The notes under the pieces were generated by a model. It did not search any database, was not told where the DNA came from, and saw nothing but the letters and a program-made list of their open reading frames with translations. DNA of 64,000 nt from Amoebophrya sp. A120 (taxonomy: Eukaryota; Protista; Dinoflagellata): positions 9,445,865 through 9,509,864 of the forward strand of contig CAJINV010000001.1 in the NCBI GenBank assembly GCA_905178155.1, read 5' to 3'. Within the stretch, counting starts at the first letter, position 1, and the number at the start of each line of letters is the position of its first letter. This document shows, one piece after another, positions 59,831-64,000 of the stretch. A program made the translations under genes and the position numbers.

Positions 59831-62800
59831 CTAATCTTGGCGCTCGATGGCGTGCCGCTGCTGCCTCGCTTGTTCCTGGGTCGTGGAATAGCGTTCCGGG
59901 GGCAGAAGCTGCGGCACGTAGTAGCTGCCCGTGGACTGGTCGAGAAACTTGCTCTTGAACTCCTTGCTGTCGGTGCGGAAGATGCGAAAGCCCGGCCGAT
60001 TCCAACTGTTTTTCAGGACCCAGGCGGGGTGCGCGTTGGGTTCGGTCCGCACGTGCCCGATGATGGTCATAGCGTGGAGGGACTCCACACGAGGCGCGGC
60101 CTGGGCGGCTTTTTTCGCTCTCTCTTTGGCAGTCACTTCGTCGGTTTCTTGTGGTTCCTGTCCGCCACTGGCCCGCTCTTCGTCCGGTTGCATCCGGTCG
60201 GAATCCTCCACCTTCTTCGTGGCGTACGCGACGCCCACCGGACCCTTTGTCTCGAGCCACGTTACGACGTCCTCCGCATCGAGCAGCCGCTTCACGCCAA
60301 CAAATGCGCGCAGCATCTGCGTTTCGAGCATGCCGCCGCGTGGCAAAGACTCGCGCACATCGTGCTCCTGCCGCGGAGGAGGCAGCAGCTGGACCTGTTG
60401 TCTCGTGCGGTCTTGTGCTTGTTGCTGGCACAGCCCCTGCTGGTGTTGGTGTTGCTGCGCGAGCGGGACCATGTTGGTTGTTCCTGGAATCAATGCGGGC
60501 ATCAATGCAGGGAACGGAAGCTGCTGCTGTGCGGCCGGCAGACCCTGGCTTTGCACTTGTGCGAGCATTTGGTGAACTCCCCAAAGCCCGTCCTGCTGCT
60601 GCTGGTGCTGCTCGGAGTACCAAGGCGACTGCTGCGGAAGCGCAAGCGGCACTCCGACCATCGCAGGATGCTGTTGAAACACAGCCAGCGGGTGCTCATC
60701 AGCAATGGGTTCGAGCACGGTTTGACCGGCATACGCTTGGAGGTGCCGGGACGTGCCGCCCGGCATTGGCGAAAACAGGGTGGATCTCCGCACCGGAAGC
60801 ACCCTCCGCTTCCCCCCCTCCAGCTCGCGGCCGAGAATCGCGGTGCTTTCGCCGGTCTGCAGCACGGGGTTGAGATCGCGCGTCAGCTGCCGCGCAAAGT
60901 CCATCCCCCAAGTGACCGCCGGGTCGACGGGGTCGCGAACGACGATGCCGGTGCCCTCGTCCTTAGCCGAGCGGTTCTGTTGGTACAGCAAGCGGCATAT
61001 GCGCATCAGCGCTACGGTGGCGTAGGCGTAGCAGGTCCCGGTCTGCCTCTGGTCGTGGACCGTCAAAGCCTCCTTTTCCAGCGCGTGAGCGGTGTGGAAG
61101 GTGTGTCGGTCGTCCAGCTGGCGGAGCCGCTCCGCCGTGAGGCCCTGGTCCGCTTGCCACGGGTGTTGCGCGTAGAAATGGTCACTCACAAGATAGACGT
61201 GGCGTCTGTCCCGCATCTGACCCGCACGAAACTCGTGCGGTTTATAATTCGCGCCGGACGAAGATGAAGATGTATGTGGAAAGTTGCTCGCCCACAAGTC
61301 TCGGCGTGCCTGGGCTAACGCTTGGCCATAATCGTCGACGTCTGCCGGCTCCGTGCTACCCACCGGCCACGGTTGGCGGCCTGGATTTACTGGATCGGGC
61401 AAGTAGCGGAAGTGTAGCGTCGGGAGGAGGAGCGGAGTAGGAGGAAACAAAGCCTTTCCTCGTTCTTGTTGTAGAAAAAAGAAAGCCTTTCCGTTGAGAT
61501 TGTTGCCTTGAGCCAGCCAGGACGAGGAGGTCGAGTTGTGCTGCTGCATTGTAGGAGGTCGCTCTATAATGGACCGCCCGATTCTCGCGCTGCCTTCTAC
61601 TTTGCGCTCCACCTCGACAATTTCTCCCAGGTTGAGACTGTAGAGCACGATCGTTCCTTTTTCGAAGCTGTAAGAGTGGCCAGCTTTCTGCCACTCACCT
61701 TGAAGCTGGTAAGACGAAGTGCTGTACTTGCCCACTCGCGTGACCCCTTCCATGTATTTGCCGTCGCTCTTTTCGTTGAATGGCACCGCAAATGACGCGA
61801 CTGCAATTCCGTACTTGCTCTGCAAAACAGTTTTTGCGTTGTTCTGCGTGGGAAAAAACGTGAGCCAAGGGATCGGCTTCTAGGTCGCGGCGATGCTGTT
61901 GCGCAGTGATGTACTGCTGCCAGCTCCCTGCTCGGTTCTGTGCCCGAGAAGGCCGCTCGAGCAGAAACTTCCTCACCATCTTGCCACTGAGCTGAAGGAA
62001 GCAGCACGCCACTAGCTGTAGTTCCAGTGGTGTCAACCACCCCTACATCGAATAAATGGCTCCCGCCAACGTCGTCCGCCTTGACGGGTCCGCTGTACAG
62101 ATGGTGCTCGTTCAGCGCTTTGTCCTCCGGCCAGATGTAGCGAAGACGCGCGTGGCCATCCGGCCTGCCGTTTCGCATTTCGCCCTGGTGCGAGGCAGTG
62201 AGCTTGAACACGTGGGGACCACCACCACGCTCGACCACGTCGGCAGCCCGCACGTCCGCGAAGGTGTCGCGCTCCATGGTTCGCCACTGGTCCGCCGTCG
62301 GCGGGTAGAAGTAAGGGAAGGGAAACAGGTTGCGCCACGCATCCGCTACCACCACGTTTCTTGGCGGTATCATCGCGCCTTGCGGATTCTGCAGCCAATG
62401 TCTTTCCTGCTCTTGCCGAAACTGCGGCTGCAAGTGGTGCGGCATGGAGCGCCAGACCTCCACGATACCGAACTCGGACGGGGTCCGAGCCCGCACTTCC
62501 GCGGGAATGACCGAGGGGAGTTCTGCTAGGTATTTGTGCCACATCCGGGTGGTTGTGTCGGGCTGCAGACGAGAGTTCAACGGCCCCCGGTACAATCGCT
62601 GGCGTGTGATCTTGCTCCTCTCGAGCTCCTCTTTGCCCAGCGGAGCCGCTTTCGGGGGCGGCCCACCTCGTCTCCCCTCGCGCGGGTCCTGTTGCCGCTC
62701 CCGTTCGTTCTGCCTGTCCCGTTCCTGGAGTTCTCGAATTTTCTCCGGATCGAGATCGTATCTGGTTTCCGTCCGAAGCAGCGACATACCGGAGCGCTTG

Positions 62801-64000
62801 CCGCCTTGCGGATCGTCGTGCTCCAACCGATCTTGCGTCAAGTGCGCCGAGCTGACTACGGTCTTGGGATCCACAAGCAGTGGCCCGTACCAAATTTCCG
62901 CTTTGAGGGTGGACTTGAGCACTCTGTTCCCGTTTTTCTCCGCCTCCTGGATGGCTTTCCGCGTGCTGTAGTCCGCAACAAGCCCGCCGCGTCTGTAGGA
63001 GGCAGCCGGGCCTCCACTTCCGTGACTGCCGAGGGCTGGTTCGATCGCTGAAAAGAATTCCCCCGCCCCGCGCGCGAAGTAGTTCACGCGGGCTAAGGTG
63101 CGCACTTGTTGAGGAGTTATGAGGGCTGCCACGTCGTCATTGTCATCGTGGTACGGGTTGAGAAGCTCCTCCTGAAGATCTGCATACCCGATGTCTTCCT
63201 CAGCCTCAGGGCCAAGAATTGCATGCGTCAAAGCATCAGTATCCCTATCCGCATCGACACTGCCGGTTTTTATGTGGTCACCATCCAGAATCCGTCGCGG
63301 GTCCGGGTGCCTATGCGCACGGTCTTCGCGAAGATAGTGCTCCGAGAGCTCTCCATCGAACAACTGAACGGCTCTCCAGGGATTTTCTGGTGCTCTGAGT
63401 TCTCGATCGAGCCAATGTGGAAGCAAACTGTCGTCGACTATCTCCACTTGCCCGCGTCCCCATTTTGAGAGGCCTTTCTCGCCGCGGCCTTCGCCGCTCT
63501 CGTAGTGCAAAGCCCGCCGCCCCTCCTTCCACTGCCCGAGAAGGGCTCGGCCCGTCCCCAGGTGGATGGTGCCTCGACCGTGAGATTGGTTATCTTTGAA
63601 AGTGCCCGCGTATTTCCCCAGAACAGTCTCCTTCTTGTCTGTTGTCCCATGTAGTTGACCCTTCTGCGCGGCGTTTCGGTCGATTTGAATAAAAGCGCCT
63701 TGACTCACGACACCAGTTTCAGAACTGTGCCGAGCATAGTGGTTGCGCTGAAGATAATCGTCTTTGCGGAGATCGACGGTTCCTGTGTAGAGGCAGATGG
63801 TTTCTCCAAGCGTCGTCCTATGGCGCGCATGCTTTGCAAAAGCCTGCGCGTCCTCGAATTGTATCAAGCCGACGCTCTCGGGAGCTGCCACGTTTCCAAA
63901 GTCCGCACAGGGCCACAGAACTCGGCTCACTTGTGTAAGCCTTTGATCCGTTTCCGCCCGCTGCTTGTGCCTGTTCTGGCAAATTTTATTTACTCTCAGT
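59831..64000 (-). CDS. MORN-repeat-like protein with a C-terminal papain-family (C1A) cysteine protease domain; 5'-truncated; intron near 61800-61980
   Basis: MORN-like YAGTFKDNQSHGRG and HQGEMRNGRPDGHA in ORF 61597..63930, whose frame is open to the window edge. DQRQTGTCYAYA, GPVGV, HAMTIIGH, WVLKNSW in ORF 59831..61825. A GT-AG intron such as 61820..61914 joins them in frame. Confidence 0.7.

Noticed and set aside
59837-61267. Long antisense or alternate-frame ORFs (e.g. 59837..61267 +, 21245..22375 +, 8547..9548 -, 51085..52002 -)
   Set aside because: They overlap well-supported genes, carry no recognisable motifs, and are expected shadows of GC-rich codon usage.
1-64000. Dinoflagellate spliced-leader relics, tRNA and rRNA genes
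   Set aside because: No convincing CCGTAGCCATTTTGGCTCAAG match or structured RNA gene seen by eye; tRNAscan-SE/Infernal would be needed to exclude them.

Overview
Eukaryotic, gene-dense (~50% GC) genomic DNA. The non-canonical introns bounded by inverted repeats and the long unidirectional gene blocks suggest a syndinian dinoflagellate such as Amoebophrya; this is inference, no database was searched. I reconstruct about 16 protein-coding genes. Seven lie on + (1-34.7 kb): ABCC transporter, scramblase-domain protein, DXD glycosyltransferase, thymidylate kinase, RdRP/helicase locus, membrane USP and a low-complexity secreted-type protein. Nine lie on - (37.1-64 kb): two paralogous unknown genes, TLC protein, J-domain/pseudo-cathepsin, HET-ankyrin, CRAL-TRIO, NAA80-ACTMAP, TFIIS-like and MORN-papain. 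The two blocks converge on an AT-rich island with a strongly skewed dinucleotide signature. Highlights: (1) a probable ~3,140-aa fusion of RdRP + degenerate Cid1/TUTase-like nucleotidyltransferase + DEAH helicase + KH domain, hidden by a 1.08-kb inverted-repeat intron and resembling an RDRC complex in one chain; (2) an NAA80-ACTMAP fusion carrying both actin N-terminal maturation enzymes; (3) five MITE-like non-GT-AG introns in two terminal classes, four with a shared internal TTTGT(A/C)ATGC motif and the fifth with a near-match. No rRNA, tRNA or CRISPR array was recognised.
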